In this document: positions 50,814 through 61,577 of the stretch, piece after piece | How positions within the stretch are numbered: position 1 is the stretch's first letter | Layout of the letters: each line of letters starts with the position of its first letter | Source of the DNA: an uncultured Gemmatimonadales bacterium | GTDB taxonomy: Bacteria > Gemmatimonadota > Gemmatimonadetes > Gemmatimonadales > Gemmatimonadaceae | NCBI GenBank assembly: GCA_963701965.1 | Contig: OY969695.1 | Coordinates: forward strand, 2,080,001 to 2,144,000 | DNA: 64,000 nucleotides | Direction: 5' to 3' | Notes under the pieces: generated by a model | The model's database searches: none | Told to the model about the DNA's origin: nothing | Seen by the model: the letters and a program-made list of their open reading frames with translations, nothing else | Position numbers and translations under genes: made by a program

Positions 50814-53264
50814 GTGCGCGATCGGCTTGCCGCCGCATGGCATGACCTGCGGTACGTGACACGAAACCTGCTCCGGGAACGCCACTTCACGGCACTCGCG
50901 ATCCTGACGCTGGCCCTCGGGATCGGCGCCACGACCGCGATCTTCACGGTGATCAATCGCGTCGTCCTCCGGCCCCTGCCGTATCCCGAGCCCGACCGCA
51001 TTGTATACCTGGGTTGGCACTGGTCGAGCGGTGCCCGCGCCGACTTTCTCTCGGCCCGCACGTTCACGTTCTGGCACGACCAGAGTCGCGATTTCGATGC
51101 CCTGGCCGCCTACCAGACATTCACGCGCGGCCTTGGCGCCGACGGAGTGGACGCCGACGTCCACGGGCTCGCCGTCACCGAAGACTTCTTCCGCGTCCTG
51201 CGTACGCGCCCGAGTGTCGGTCGGCCATTCTCGCCCGAGGAGTTCGCGCCCGGCGCAACCCGCGTCGCGATGCTGAGCAACGGGCTCTGGCAACGCCGGT
51301 TCGGCGAAGACCGCCAGGTGCTCAATCACGATATTCAGATCAACGGCCAGTCTTACACGGTCATCGGCGTCCTGTCGCCGCAGTTCACGATCGCGGGCGC
51401 CCGCCAGCAACCCGACGTCGTCCTGCCGCTCGCCATCACGACGGCGGACCTCGCCAACAATAGCTTCGAGTACTGGGTCATCGGGCGCCTGCGCCCGGGC
51501 TTGAGCCTCGCCCAGGCGAACGCCAATGGGCAAGCGACCTTCGCGCAGTATCGGACCGCCTACCCGCAATTCGTGCAACCGGAGGACCGGGGCGTCCAGT
51601 TCGAGGACTTTGGGCAGCTCTTCGTCGGCGACCTGCGGAAACCGCTCTGGATCCTGCTGGGCGCCACGGGATTCGTGTTGCTGCTGACCTGCGCGAACGT
51701 AGCGAATTTGCTCTTGGCGCGCGCCATCGGCCGCCAGCGCGAGATCGCGGTGCGCACCGCGCTCGGCGCGACGCGGAGCCGCATCGTGAGCCTCCAGATC
51801 ACCGAGGGCGTGGTCATCGGCGCTTTGGCCGCGGTGCTCGGCATTCTGATCAGCGTCGGGGTGCTGCGCGCGCTGCTGGGCCTCGCGCCGCGGCTCCTAC
51901 CCGTCAGCGAGACGCCATCGCCCGATGGGGTGGTGCTGGCCTTCGGCTGCCTCCTGGCGATCGCCAGCGGCGTCGCGCTGGGTCTCATCGACGCGCTGCC
52001 CGCGTTCCGTCTCGACGTGGCCCGGTTGCTCACCGAGGGAGGCCGCACCGGCACCCGCGGCAAGCGCCACGGCCAACTGCGGAACGCGCTCATCGCGATC
52101 GAGTCGAGCCTGGCAATTCCGCTGCTCGCCGGCGCCGCACTGCTCATCACGACGTTCGTCCGTCTCCTGACGGTCGACCCGGGATACCTGCGCGAAGGGC
52201 TCGTGACCGCCACCATGCCCCGCACGCCAGCGGGTTACGACTCGGTGGCCAAGGTCTCACAATTCGAGCAACGGGTGCTGGCCAGCGTCCGCGCCGCGCC
52301 GAACGTGATCGCGGCAGCGGGTGCCTCGGCGCTCCCGCTCCAAGGCGGCGTGAACATGCCAATGACGGTCGACGGTCAGCCGGACGCGACGGAAGGCGCC
52401 ATCCAGTGGCGCGCGATCAGCCCGGATTACTTCCGCACGCTCGGCATCACGCTGATGCGCGGCCGGGACTTCAACGAGGGAGATGCCGGCGGCGCGCCCG
52501 GTGTCGTCATCATCAGCCAGTCGACGGCCGAGCATTACTGGCCCCACCAGGATCCCATAGGGGAGCGCATCACCATCGGTCAGCTCCGGGGACGCAGCAT
52601 CGCTCCGGCCTTCGATGAGCCACCGCGCGTGATCGTGGGAGTCGCGGCCGACACGCGGCAGCTGGGCATGGCGTACGACGCGCCCCGATTCGTGTTCGTC
52701 CCTCAGGGACAGGTTCCGCCCGGTCTGGTCTTCCTGCCGTCCTTCGTCGTCCGCTCCGCGGGCGCGGTCAATGTGGCACCGCTCCGCCGGGCGATCGCTG
52801 ACGCCGATCCGCGGATGCCGCTCCCGCAAGTGGCGACGATGCGGGAACTGGTCGCGGCGTCACTCGGCGAACAACGGTTCAATGCGGTGCTCATGGGACT
52901 GTTCGCGGCGCTGGCGCTCGCGGTGACGAGCATTGGCATCTACGGCGTGGTGTCCTACTCCGTCACCAACCGCGCCCGCGAAATCGGCCTCCGCATGGCG
53001 CTCGGCGCCTCGGCGGCCGCGGTCGTCCGTCTCGTCGTCCGCCAGGGCATGCTCCCGGTAGTCATCGGACTCGGGGCCGGACTCGCGGCGTCGCTCGCGT
53101 TGACCCGCCTCCTGTCCGGGATGATCTACGGCGTTGCGCCGCGCGACCCGGCCATGTTGGCGATCGTCACCGCGGTACTTATCACGGTGGCGCTGATCGG
53201 GACCTGGCTCCCGGCCTGGCGCGCGACGCGCATCGATCCCCTTCTCGCCCTTCGGGCGGATTGA
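50814..53264 (+). CDS. ADOP-type ABC permease (intact)
   Basis: HDLRY, LALGIGATTAIF, CANVANLLL, REIGLRMALGA, PAWRATRIDP. Confidence 0.92.
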   Translation: MRDRLAAAWHDLRYVTRNLLRERHFTALAILTLALGIGATTAIFTVINRVVLRPLPYPEPDRIVYLGWHWSSGARADFLSARTFTFWHDQSRDFDALAAYQTFTRGLGADGVDADVHGLAVTEDFFRVLRTRPSVGRPFSPEEFAPGATRVAMLSNGLWQRRFGEDRQVLNHDIQINGQSYTVIGVLSPQFTIAGARQQPDVVLPLAITTADLANNSFEYWVIGRLRPGLSLAQANANGQATFAQYRTAYPQFVQPEDRGVQFEDFGQLFVGDLRKPLWILLGATGFVLLLTCANVANLLLARAIGRQREIAVRTALGATRSRIVSLQITEGVVIGALAAVLGILISVGVLRALLGLAPRLLPVSETPSPDGVVLAFGCLLAIASGVALGLIDALPAFRLDVARLLTEGGRTGTRGKRHGQLRNALIAIESSLAIPLLAGAALLITTFVRLLTVDPGYLREGLVTATMPRTPAGYDSVAKVSQFEQRVLASVRAAPNVIAAAGASALPLQGGVNMPMTVDGQPDATEGAIQWRAISPDYFRTLGITLMRGRDFNEGDAGGAPGVVIISQSTAEHYWPHQDPIGERITIGQLRGRSIAPAFDEPPRVIVGVAADTRQLGMAYDAPRFVFVPQGQVPPGLVFLPSFVVRSAGAVNVAPLRRAIADADPRMPLPQVATMRELVAASLGEQRFNAVLMGLFAALALAVTSIGIYGVVSYSVTNRAREIGLRMALGASAAAVVRLVVRQGMLPVVIGLGAGLAASLALTRLLSGMIYGVAPRDPAMLAIVTAVLITVALIGTWLPAWRATRIDPLLALRAD

Positions 53265-53275
53265 CGGCCGTTCCG

Positions 53276-54148
53276 ATGCTCACGCTGCAGCACCGCCTCG
53301 GCGGCTACCGCGAGTACGCGGCCCCGGCGGCACTGGCGGCGTGGTGCGAGAACGTGTGGCTCTATAAGACGGCGGAGGTCGCCACCCAAGCCGTGCACCG
53401 GGTCCTGCCCGACCCTGCGCTCAACATCCAGTTCTCCTACCGGCGCGACCGGTGGGGCGACGTGCACGACGCCCGCCTACTCGTCTCCGCCGGCAACCTG
53501 ACGCCCGTGGTCGCCGGGTTCGAGCCGGGCCGTGAGATCGTGGCGCTCAAGGTCAAGCTCGAATGGATGGAAGCCGTCGCCGGTCTGGACGCGAACGAGA
53601 TGCGCGAGCGGACGATCGACCTTGACGACATCGAGCCCGGCCTCGCGCCCGCACTCCTGGACGAGCTCTCGGAGGCACGGGCAATCGAGGCGGTGACGGC
53701 GGCCTTCATCGCCCGCGTTGGCGGACATGTCACGCGCCGGCTCCGCGCCACGCCCACCGTCGCCGGCCGCGCCATGGATCTGGTGCGCCGCGCACACGGC
53801 GCCGCCAACGTCGGCGGCATCGCCGATCGAATCGGCGTGTCGCCGCGATATCTCCGCCGCGTGGTGGACCGCGACGCGGGAATTTCGCTCAAGGCCTACG
53901 CCCGCACGGTGCGTCTCCTGCACGCTATCACGACCGCCGACGCCCAGCCCGACGACGGTGTCTCATGGGCCGCGGTGGCGGCCGGCGCGGGATACTACGA
54001 CCAGGCGCATCTCATCCGCGAATGCCAGGCGCTGTGCGGCCTCACGCCAGTCGAAGTGCTGCGCGAGCGCCGCACCGAGACGGACGGCGTGCTCGTTACC
54101 TGGGATCAAACCGGCACAGGATCCCCCACCCCGCGGTCGTCTCGGTAA
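53276..54148 (+). CDS. AraC family regulator (DUF6597 N-terminal domain)
   Basis: YREYAAP, RVLPD, SPRYLRR, GYYDQAHL. Confidence 0.88.
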   Translation: MLTLQHRLGGYREYAAPAALAAWCENVWLYKTAEVATQAVHRVLPDPALNIQFSYRRDRWGDVHDARLLVSAGNLTPVVAGFEPGREIVALKVKLEWMEAVAGLDANEMRERTIDLDDIEPGLAPALLDELSEARAIEAVTAAFIARVGGHVTRRLRATPTVAGRAMDLVRRAHGAANVGGIADRIGVSPRYLRRVVDRDAGISLKAYARTVRLLHAITTADAQPDDGVSWAAVAAGAGYYDQAHLIRECQALCGLTPVEVLRERRTETDGVLVTWDQTGTGSPTPRSSR

Positions 54149-54584
54149 CGGAGACCACGAGCTCGTTCTTCCCTTTCACCAGCGGCAGGTACACCGCGTC
54201 GGCGTAAGGATAGGCGTACCCGAGGTCCAGCGGGTCGCGATAGTGCATGCTGTTGCGCCCCTGGTAGAGCGGGTGCCCGTTGAGATAGACCACCACGTCA
54301 TCGCTGTACCCGATCCACATCTTGCGCGGGCCCGCCTGGTCGGCCGTGATGGTGGTTCGCGCGAACACGACCTTGGTGCCCGGCGACAGGGCGGCCGGCG
54401 CATCGGGCAAGGCGTGCGGACCCTCGACACTGGGATCCGGCCGATAGCGGGCGATGAACACGAGTCCGTTCGACTCCGTAGTGACCGGCTCCCAGTTGAG
54501 CGCCGGCACGTCCGGGTACACGTCCGGTTTGGTCTGGGTGCGCGCCTCCGTGTGGTGGTGGCGCCGTGCGCGACGCACACGCAC
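54096..54584 (-). pseudogene. C-terminal beta-sandwich fragment of a probably larger secreted protein
   Basis: VFARTTI...IGYSDDVVVYLNG...LVKGKNEL...GWG looks like real protein; the 5' end is non-protein-like, with no signal peptide or RBS. Confidence 0.5.
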
Positions 54585-54637
54585 GGCGCGTGGGCCGCGC
54601 GACTCCCCGCGGCCCTCACATTTCTCTTCGGGGGAGC

Positions 54638-55489
54638 CTAGCTACCCACGCCCACGGGTACGGCCTGCCGCGCGAATGCCAGAAGGTCGTTGTTGAATTG
54701 CGTCTGGTGCGTGCTCATGAGACCGTGCGGCGCGCCCGGATACACCTTGAGCGTGGCGCCCTTGATCATCTTCGACGACCGCATGCCGCCGACATTGATG
54801 GGCACGATCTGGTCGTCTTCGCCATGGATGACCAGCGTCGGGACGTCGAACTTCGCGAGGTCCGCGGTGAAGTCCGTCTCCGAGAAGGCTTTGATGCACT
54901 GGTACGCCGCCGCCAAGCCACACTGTCCGCTCATGTGCCAGAATGCCTCGCGGATGCCTTGGGAGACTTTGGACCCGGGACGGTTCGCGCCGTAGAACGG
55001 GAGGCTGAATTCCATCCAGTACTGCGACCGGTCCTGGTTGGCGACGCCGGCGCGAATTTGGTCGAAGACTTCGATGGGGACGCCGTCCGGATTCTTGGGG
55101 CCTTTGAGCAGGAGCGGCGGGACCGCACTGACGAGCACGGCTTTGGCCACGCGATCCGAGCCGTGACGGCCAATGTAACGCGCTACTTCGCCGCCGCCGG
55201 TCGAGTGTCCGACGTGGATGACGTTCGAGAGCTCGAGCTCATGGACGAGCGTCGCCAGGTCGTCGGCGTACGTGTCCATGTCGTTGCCATCCCAGGTCTG
55301 GGTCGATCGGCCGTGCCCGCGACGGTCGTGGGCGATGGCCCGGAAGCCGTTCTGTGCGAAGAAGAACAGCTGGTCATCCCACGCGTCCGCGTTGAGAGGC
55401 CAGCCGTGGCTGAACACGACCGGTTGACCGCTGCCCCAGTCTTTGAAGTAGATCCTTGCGCCGTCCTTGGCCTTGATCTGATGCATCAT
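54638..55489 (-). CDS. Non-heme chloroperoxidase/arylesterase-type alpha/beta hydrolase
   Basis: [40 protein letters not shown]. Confidence 0.93.
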   Translation of the reverse strand: MMHQIKAKDGARIYFKDWGSGQPVVFSHGWPLNADAWDDQLFFFAQNGFRAIAHDRRGHGRSTQTWDGNDMDTYADDLATLVHELELSNVIHVGHSTGGGEVARYIGRHGSDRVAKAVLVSAVPPLLLKGPKNPDGVPIEVFDQIRAGVANQDRSQYWMEFSLPFYGANRPGSKVSQGIREAFWHMSGQCGLAAAYQCIKAFSETDFTADLAKFDVPTLVIHGEDDQIVPINVGGMRSSKMIKGATLKVYPGAPHGLMSTHQTQFNNDLLAFARQAVPVGVGS

Positions 55490-55588
55490 CGCGCTCCGCT
55501 TCGAGGGAGCCCGCAAGCAATCCATTCCCACCGGCGGGCGCCACTTCCGGTATGTTGGACTTTGGTCCCATGCCCTACTTTTCCCCGC

Positions 55589-56083
55589 ATGGCCGACGAA
55601 ACGCCGGATCTGCGGGGGCTGCCCAAGAGCGAGGCGTATGCGTTGTTGATCCAGCACGTCTCCGCAGTGCTCGATGGCGTGCGCGACCCGATCGCCGGGA
55701 TGGCGACTATGAGCGCGCTCATCCACCACGGGTTCGGACATTTGTGGACCGGATTCTATCGGGTCGTCGAACCCGGCCGCGCCCTCCGTGTCGGGCCGTA
55801 CCAAGGCACCCTCGGCTGCCTGGACATCGCGTTCGGCCGCGGCGTGTGCGGCACCGCGGCCGCCGAGCGGCGCACGGTTGTCGTCTCGGATGTGCACGCC
55901 TTTCCCGGACATATCACCTGCGACGCGCGGTCGCGGTCGGAGATCGTGGTGCCCGTCTTCGACGGGGCCCATGATCTCATCGCCGTGCTCGACATCGACA
56001 GCGAGCGGCCCGCGACGTTCGACGATGAGGATCGTATGGGACTCGAGCGCCTGATGACATGGTTCGCATCGTCATCGCGTTGA
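55589..56083 (+). CDS. msrC: GAF-domain free methionine-(R)-sulfoxide reductase
   Basis: [36 protein letters not shown]. Confidence 0.85.
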   Translation: MADETPDLRGLPKSEAYALLIQHVSAVLDGVRDPIAGMATMSALIHHGFGHLWTGFYRVVEPGRALRVGPYQGTLGCLDIAFGRGVCGTAAAERRTVVVSDVHAFPGHITCDARSRSEIVVPVFDGAHDLIAVLDIDSERPATFDDEDRMGLERLMTWFASSSR

Positions 56084-57198
56084 CGCTCGCGCTCGTGACC
56101 GACGCGGCGAGCGCACAGGCACCGGGGCGACCACGCGCCCGCGAAGCGGGCGTCGTGATCGGCGTCTTTCAGCCGGGCCCTCTCAATGCCATCACCGACG
56201 TCGCGGGCGTGCGCGTAGGCCACAGCACCGTGATCCAGGGTGACACCATACACACCGGCGTCACGGCGATTCTGCCGCATGGCGGGAACGTGTTTCGCGA
56301 CCGCGTGCCCGCGGCGATCTACGTGCTGAACGGCTTTGGCAAATTGATTGGGTCGACGCAGGTCGCGGAGCATGGAGAACTGGAGACGCCGATCCTGCTC
56401 ACCTGCACGCTGTGCGTGTGGAAGGCGGCGGATGCGATGGTCGCGTATCTGCTGGAGCAACCCGACATGCAGCAGGTGCGCTCCATCAATCCGGTCGTCG
56501 GCGAGACGAACGACGGGGAATTGAGCGACATCCGCGCCCGTCCGATCACGGAGGCGACGGTCCGCGCGGCTCTGCAAAGCGCGCGCGAGGGCCCGGTCGC
56601 CGAGGGCAGCGTCGGCGCTGGCGCCGGCACGCAGGCCCTTGGCTGGAAGGGAGGGATCGGCACCAGCTCCCGGAAGTTGCCGGACAAGTACAGTGGATAT
56701 ACCGTCGGCGTGCTCGTGCAGTCGAATTACGGCGGCATTCTCACGATCAACGGCGCGCCCGTGGGCCGCGAGCTCCACCGTTACGATTTCGCCAAAGGCA
56801 ACGGATCGTGCATGATGGTCGTCGCCACCGACGCCCCGCTCACATCGCGCGACCTCGAGCGCGTGGCCAAACGCGCCACACTGGGGCTCGCGCGCACGGG
56901 CTCCTACGCCGGGCCCGGCTCCGGCGATTACGTCATCGCCTTCTCGACCGCGGCCGGCGCGCGCCGCCACGCCGGCACCGGCCCGTATCAGACCGAGCAG
57001 CTCCGGCACGACGACCTCGGGCCGCTTTTCGAGGCGACGGTCGAAGCGACAGAAGAGGCGCTCGTGAACTCGCTGTTCCAGGCGACGGACGTGACGTATC
57101 GCGGTCGCACGACCCAGGCTTTGCCGATCGACCGCACGCTGGCCATTCTCGCCAAGTACCACGCCCTGCACTGGGACCGCGACCTGCCGGTTGACTAA
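56059..57198 (+). CDS. dmpA: DmpA/S58 (P1) aminopeptidase
   Basis: [26 protein letters not shown] autocleavage site [16 protein letters not shown]. Confidence 0.9.
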   Translation: MVRIVIALTLALVTDAASAQAPGRPRAREAGVVIGVFQPGPLNAITDVAGVRVGHSTVIQGDTIHTGVTAILPHGGNVFRDRVPAAIYVLNGFGKLIGSTQVAEHGELETPILLTCTLCVWKAADAMVAYLLEQPDMQQVRSINPVVGETNDGELSDIRARPITEATVRAALQSAREGPVAEGSVGAGAGTQALGWKGGIGTSSRKLPDKYSGYTVGVLVQSNYGGILTINGAPVGRELHRYDFAKGNGSCMMVVATDAPLTSRDLERVAKRATLGLARTGSYAGPGSGDYVIAFSTAAGARRHAGTGPYQTEQLRHDDLGPLFEATVEATEEALVNSLFQATDVTYRGRTTQALPIDRTLAILAKYHALHWDRDLPVD

Positions 57199-57220
57199 TT
57201 CATAACCTGCCGGTTATGAT
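57191..57220 (+). promoter_or_regulatory. Sigma70 promoter (TTGACT-N18-TATGAT) overlapped by the operator TCATAACC-N4-GGTTATGA
   Basis: Read directly from the sequence; the GTG start follows the -10 by 6 nt. Confidence 0.75.
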
Positions 57221-57226
57221 TCGGAC

Positions 57227-57550
57227 GTGCAGACCGCGCCCGATCTCGTCTTTTTCACCCTGGCCGATCCGACTCGACGGGCGATCTTCGAACGGCTGAG
57301 CCGGCACGGCGAACTGACCGTCCGGACGTTGACGGACCACTCCGGCGTGTCACAGCCAGCGGTGTCCAAGCACCTCGGAGTCCTCAAGAACGCCGGACTC
57401 GTCCATGACCGGCGCGACGGACGCCAGACCCACTACCGCGTGGAGCCCCAAGGCTTGGCGCCACTGATCGACTGGATGAGCCACTACGGGGCATTCTGGC
57501 GCGATCGCTTCGATCGGCTGGAGAATCTGCTCGACCGGATGGACTCATGA
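57227..57550 (+). CDS. ArsR/SmtB family regulator
   Basis: LADPTRR, SQPAVSKHL. Confidence 0.92.
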   Translation: MQTAPDLVFFTLADPTRRAIFERLSRHGELTVRTLTDHSGVSQPAVSKHLGVLKNAGLVHDRRDGRQTHYRVEPQGLAPLIDWMSHYGAFWRDRFDRLENLLDRMDS

Positions 57551-57987
57551 GCCAAACCGCCGACACCACACGGTCGATCGTGATGGAGCGGGACATCCCG
57601 CATCCGGCTGAAAAAGTCTGGCGGGCCCTCACGGATGCCTCGCTGATGGAACAGTGGCTCATGGCGAACGACTTCCAGCCGATCGTGGGACACACCGCCA
57701 CGTTCCGCATGGACCGCGCGCCGCAGTGGAACGGGGTCGCCGAGTCTACGGTCCTCGTGGTCGAGCCGTATCGCCGGCTCTCCTACACGTGGAACGCGAC
57801 CGGGGCGGACGCGGCGACCGGCCCCAGGACGGTCGTCACATGGACGTTGACGCCGACGACGAATGGGGTGCGGCTGCGCATGGAGCACTCGGGCTTCCGG
57901 GCCCATCAGGAGCACAGCTACAAAGGCGCCAGTGGAGCGTGGCCGCGGTTCCTGGCGGCGCTCGAGCAACTGGTCGCCACTATCTGA
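57547..57987 (+). CDS. SRPBCC/AHSA1 domain protein
   Basis: EKVWRALT, LSYTW, VTWTL, EHSGF. Confidence 0.9.
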   Translation: MSQTADTTRSIVMERDIPHPAEKVWRALTDASLMEQWLMANDFQPIVGHTATFRMDRAPQWNGVAESTVLVVEPYRRLSYTWNATGADAATGPRTVVTWTLTPTTNGVRLRMEHSGFRAHQEHSYKGASGAWPRFLAALEQLVATI

Positions 57988-57999
57988 GGAGGAATACCG

Positions 58000-58479
58000 A
58001 TGTCAGCACGCATTCGACACCCCGCCATGATCATCCCCGGCGCGATGCAGGCCTTGCAGGGTTTGAGTCGCTCGGCCGACAAAGGAGGCGTCCCCAGCAC
58101 GACGCTCCGTCTGGTGCAGGTCCGGGCCAGCCAGATCAACGGTTGCAGCGTGTGCCTGGACATGCACTGGCGGGAGCTCAAGCAGGCGGGAGAGTCCGAC
58201 GAGCGCATCGTCATGATCTCCGCGTGGCGCGACGCCCCGTACTATACGGATGCCGAGCGCGCGGCACTGGCGTTGACGGAGGCGGTCACGCGCCTCAGTG
58301 ACCGCGAGGACCCGGTCCCCGACGCGGTGTGGCAGGAAGCCGAGCGACATTACGACGAAGACGCGTTGGCCGCGCTCGTGCTCTCGATCGCGGCGATCAA
58401 TGTGTGGAATCGCCTGAGTGTCGCGACCAGGCAGTTGGCGTTCGGCGCCGTGCCCACCGCCCGCGCCGACGCCGCCTGA
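58000..58479 (+). CDS. Carboxymuconolactone decarboxylase/AhpD-like protein
   Basis: RASQINGCSVCLDMH, ERAALAL, INVWNR. Confidence 0.92.
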   Translation: MSARIRHPAMIIPGAMQALQGLSRSADKGGVPSTTLRLVQVRASQINGCSVCLDMHWRELKQAGESDERIVMISAWRDAPYYTDAERAALALTEAVTRLSDREDPVPDAVWQEAERHYDEDALAALVLSIAAINVWNRLSVATRQLAFGAVPTARADAA

Positions 58480-58551
58480 CCCGCAACAGGGGGCTGGACG
58501 AACACGACTCGGCGGTGCAATCTGCTAGCGTCCCTAACCGAGAGAGAATCT

Positions 58552-59082
58552 GTGCGCGTTCCCTTCGGCGCTGCCGCGCTCGCGTTCGTCTGTATGCCCG
58601 CCTTTGCCATCGCGCAGGGCGCTCCCGTCGCCGATGCCTTTCGCGAGAACGCGAAACACGTCGGCACCAACCTCATGGCCGCCGCGGATGAGATGCCGGC
58701 CGAGAAGTACGCCTTCAAGCCGACCCCGGCCCAGATGTCGTTCGGCCAGATCGTCGTCCACCTCGCCGAAGGCAATGACTATCTCTGCGGCGCGATCGGC
58801 GGCATGAAGGCGCCGACGCGCGACAAGGTCGCGCCGACGGATCCGAAAGACCATCTCGTCGCCCGGCTCAAGGAGACGTTCGCGTTCTGCGATCAGGCGT
58901 TGGCATCGGTCGATGACTCGAAGCTCAGCGAGCAGATACCCCTCTTTGGCGGCAAGCCCCGCTCGCGTGCCTCGATCATGACGATCACGACCGGTGACTG
59001 GGCGGATCACTACTCCCAGTCGGCCATCTACCTGCGACTCAACGGCCTCCTGCCGCCCTCGGCGAAGAAGCCCGCCGCGTAA
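58552..59082 (+). CDS. Secreted DinB family protein
   Basis: AADEMP..Y.FKPT, SFGQ..H, HYSQ..IYLRLNGLLPPS. Confidence 0.88.
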   Translation: MRVPFGAAALAFVCMPAFAIAQGAPVADAFRENAKHVGTNLMAAADEMPAEKYAFKPTPAQMSFGQIVVHLAEGNDYLCGAIGGMKAPTRDKVAPTDPKDHLVARLKETFAFCDQALASVDDSKLSEQIPLFGGKPRSRASIMTITTGDWADHYSQSAIYLRLNGLLPPSAKKPAA

Positions 59083-59090
59083 CACGTCAG

Positions 59091-59130
59091 ACGTTCGGTT
59101 GAGCGCCGGGCTCGGCGCTCAGCCGAACGT
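59091..59130. terminator. 18-bp stem-loop between convergent genes
   Basis: ACGTTCGGTTGAGCGCCG-GGCT-CGGCGCTCAGCCGAACGT (one wobble pair); no U-tract. Confidence 0.5.
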
Positions 59131-60840
59131 GAAGGCGTATACGGCAACGCCGGGGTCCAGAAACTCGATCTCGAATGTGTGATCGACGATCGTGCCGTGC
59201 TGTCGGATGAGTTGGTAGAGTCGCTGCGTTGTGACCGTGCCATTGCCATCGGCATCCGTATCGGTCCCGTGGTCTTCCATGGGCGCCTGTCCGTCGATCC
59301 GGACCCGGAACCGCACCGGACGACCGGTCGCCGTCGGACCGAGCACCAAATGCAGATCGCGCGCGCGGAATCGATATGCGATCCGCCCGGTGCCGCCCGT
59401 CAGCGCGGCGGACTCCGGCCCTATCGTCCAATCGCCGGCGAGCGCCCACGCATTGCGATCGAGAGGCGAGGGTACCGAGTAGGTTGCCGCGCTGTCCCGT
59501 TGCACCGTCTCCGGCGACGCCAACCGCTCGGCACGCCGATACCCGATGTACGTCTCGGGGGACCCGACGCCCTGCTGCGCCGCCGCGGCCTCGGCGCCCG
59601 CCGCGTCGACGGTCGCGGGCGCGGCGCCCGGCGCATGACCGGCCTCCGTCAGCAACGCGCGGATCTCCCGCTCGGTCGCGGCGTCATGCCCCTCGCCCGC
59701 GGCGCGATAGCGAATGCGCCCCGCCGTGTCGACGAGATACTCGGCCGGCCAGTAGTGATTGTCGAGGGCGCGCCAGATCGCGTACGTGTTGTCGAGCGCG
59801 ACCGGATAGGTAACGCCGAGGTCGCGCACGGCGTGCGCGACATTGGTCGGATCGCGCTCGAACGCGAACTCCGGCGAGTGGACCCCGATGATCACGAGCC
59901 CGTCGGCGCCATACCGCGACGCCCACGCTTTGACGTAGGGCAGCGTACGCAGGCAGTTGATGCACGAGTACGTCCACACATCGAGCAGGACGACGTGTCC
60001 GCGCAGACTGGCGGGCGTGAGCGGCGCCGTGTTGATCCAACCCGTCGCGCCGGCGAGATCGGGTAGTGCACCGGCGCCGGCCGCGCCGGCGACGTTCGGC
60101 ACGGGAGGAGTCGCCACTGACGGCCCACCCGCGAGTCCGTCGACCAAGCGTTGCTCCGCGGGAGTCGTACTCGCCAACGACAGCCGCGCGAGAATGCCCG
60201 TGTCCCATCCCATGGCAACGGTCACGACGCCGATCAGCACCGCGACGCCTAGCCCACGCCGGATCCACTCCTCGGCGCCGAGGCTGCGCTTCATGGCGGC
60301 GAACACGCGCGACCCCGCGGCCGTGGCCAACCCGAGCGAGACCGCCGCGCCCGCGGCGAACGCCAGCAGGAGCCCGGTCGTGCGCACGCTCGCGCCGCCG
60401 AGCGCGGCGCTCGTCAGGATGAGACCGAGCACGGGACCGGCGCAGGGCGCCCACAGAAATCCCACCGCGACGCCCAAGAGCAGCGCGCCGCCGATGCCGG
60501 CGCGCGCGTCGGCCCGCTGCTGGAGCCGGCCCCCGAGCGCGACCAAGGGGCGTGTCAGTCGATCGCCGACCGCGGGCAGAATCAGCGCAACGCCAAACAC
60601 CGCCAGCAGGACGAGCGCCGCGCCGCGTCCGACTTGATTGGCGCGCACGACCCACCCGCCACCGATCGCGGCCGTCGACGCCACGGCGGCGAACGTCACC
60701 GCCATACCGATCAACGTCGGCAGCCCGTTGGTGCGGAAGGGACGGTTTGACTGGGCGAACACGAATGGAATGACCGGCAGCACGCAGGGGCTCAGGATCG
60801 TGAGCATGCCGCCGAGGAACGCCAGGACGAAGAGGAGCAC
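59119..60840 (-). CDS. dipZ: DipZ cytochrome c biogenesis protein (CcdA + thioredoxin + C-terminal domain)
   Basis: SPCVLP, WAPCAGP, WTYSCINC, SPETY, AFTFG. Confidence 0.92.
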   Translation of the reverse strand: MLLFVLAFLGGMLTILSPCVLPVIPFVFAQSNRPFRTNGLPTLIGMAVTFAAVASTAAIGGGWVVRANQVGRGAALVLLAVFGVALILPAVGDRLTRPLVALGGRLQQRADARAGIGGALLLGVAVGFLWAPCAGPVLGLILTSAALGGASVRTTGLLLAFAAGAAVSLGLATAAGSRVFAAMKRSLGAEEWIRRGLGVAVLIGVVTVAMGWDTGILARLSLASTTPAEQRLVDGLAGGPSVATPPVPNVAGAAGAGALPDLAGATGWINTAPLTPASLRGHVVLLDVWTYSCINCLRTLPYVKAWASRYGADGLVIIGVHSPEFAFERDPTNVAHAVRDLGVTYPVALDNTYAIWRALDNHYWPAEYLVDTAGRIRYRAAGEGHDAATEREIRALLTEAGHAPGAAPATVDAAGAEAAAAQQGVGSPETYIGYRRAERLASPETVQRDSAATYSVPSPLDRNAWALAGDWTIGPESAALTGGTGRIAYRFRARDLHLVLGPTATGRPVRFRVRIDGQAPMEDHGTDTDADGNGTVTTQRLYQLIRQHGTIVDHTFEIEFLDPGVAVYAFTFG

Positions 60841-60869
60841 GGGGGAGGTGGTCGGGTTTGCCCCGAAAT

Positions 60870-61577
60870 TTACTCCAAGCGCGCGCCGAGGCGGTCCCGA
60901 TACGTGCGGCTGACGCGCAGCTCCTGGCCGTCCGCCAGTTGGATCACGCCATCGCGGTTGGGCAGCGGCCGGAAAGCGCGGATGCGATCGACGCGCACGA
61001 TGGTCGACCGGTGGATCCGCACGAAGACTCCCGGATCGAGCCGCCCTTCGAGGCGATGGAGCGGCTCACGGAGCAAATGCGTCCGCTCGGCCGTGTGAAG
61101 CCCCGCGTAGTCGCCAACGCCCTCGATCCAGTCGACCGCCGCGGCCGGGACGAAGATCACCGTGTTGCCGCGCTTGATGGCGAAGCGCTGGGCGAACGGC
61201 GACGCCCCCGTGGCCTGATGCATCTGCCGGGCCCGCTGCACGGCCTCGGCGAAGCGCTGGTCATCGATGGGCTTGAGGAGATAGTCCACGGCGTGGACGT
61301 CGAACGCGCGAAGCGCATGCTGGCCATACGCGGTGATGAAGATAATGAGCGGCAGCTCGGTCTTGGCCAGCGCGCCCAGCGTCTGGAATCCGGAGATCCC
61401 TGGCATCTCGATGTCGAGAAAGACGAGATCGGGCCGGTGGCGCCGGATCGCGGTCAGCGCCGCGTCGCCGTCGGCGCACTCTTCGATGACCACGACATCG
61501 GGATGCGCCGCCAGGCGCGCCACAATCCCGCTGCGCGCCAGCGGTTCGTCGTCGGCGACGATGACGCGGAGCGTCAC
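60870..61577 (-). CDS. LytTR family response regulator
   Basis: DDEPLAR, FLDIEMP, DYLLKP, FVRIHRS. Confidence 0.95.
   Translation of the reverse strand: MTLRVIVADDEPLARSGIVARLAAHPDVVVIEECADGDAALTAIRRHRPDLVFLDIEMPGISGFQTLGALAKTELPLIIFITAYGQHALRAFDVHAVDYLLKPIDDQRFAEAVQRARQMHQATGASPFAQRFAIKRGNTVIFVPAAAVDWIEGVGDYAGLHTAERTHLLREPLHRLEGRLDPGVFVRIHRSTIVRVDRIRAFRPLPNRDGVIQLADGQELRVSRTYRDRLGARLE

Noticed and set aside
54566..56083. Over-long ORF-track starts (54566+, 55972-, 32261-, 23127+, 3404+)
   Set aside because: The extensions overlap opposite-strand genes or RNA elements; downstream starts match the family N-termini.
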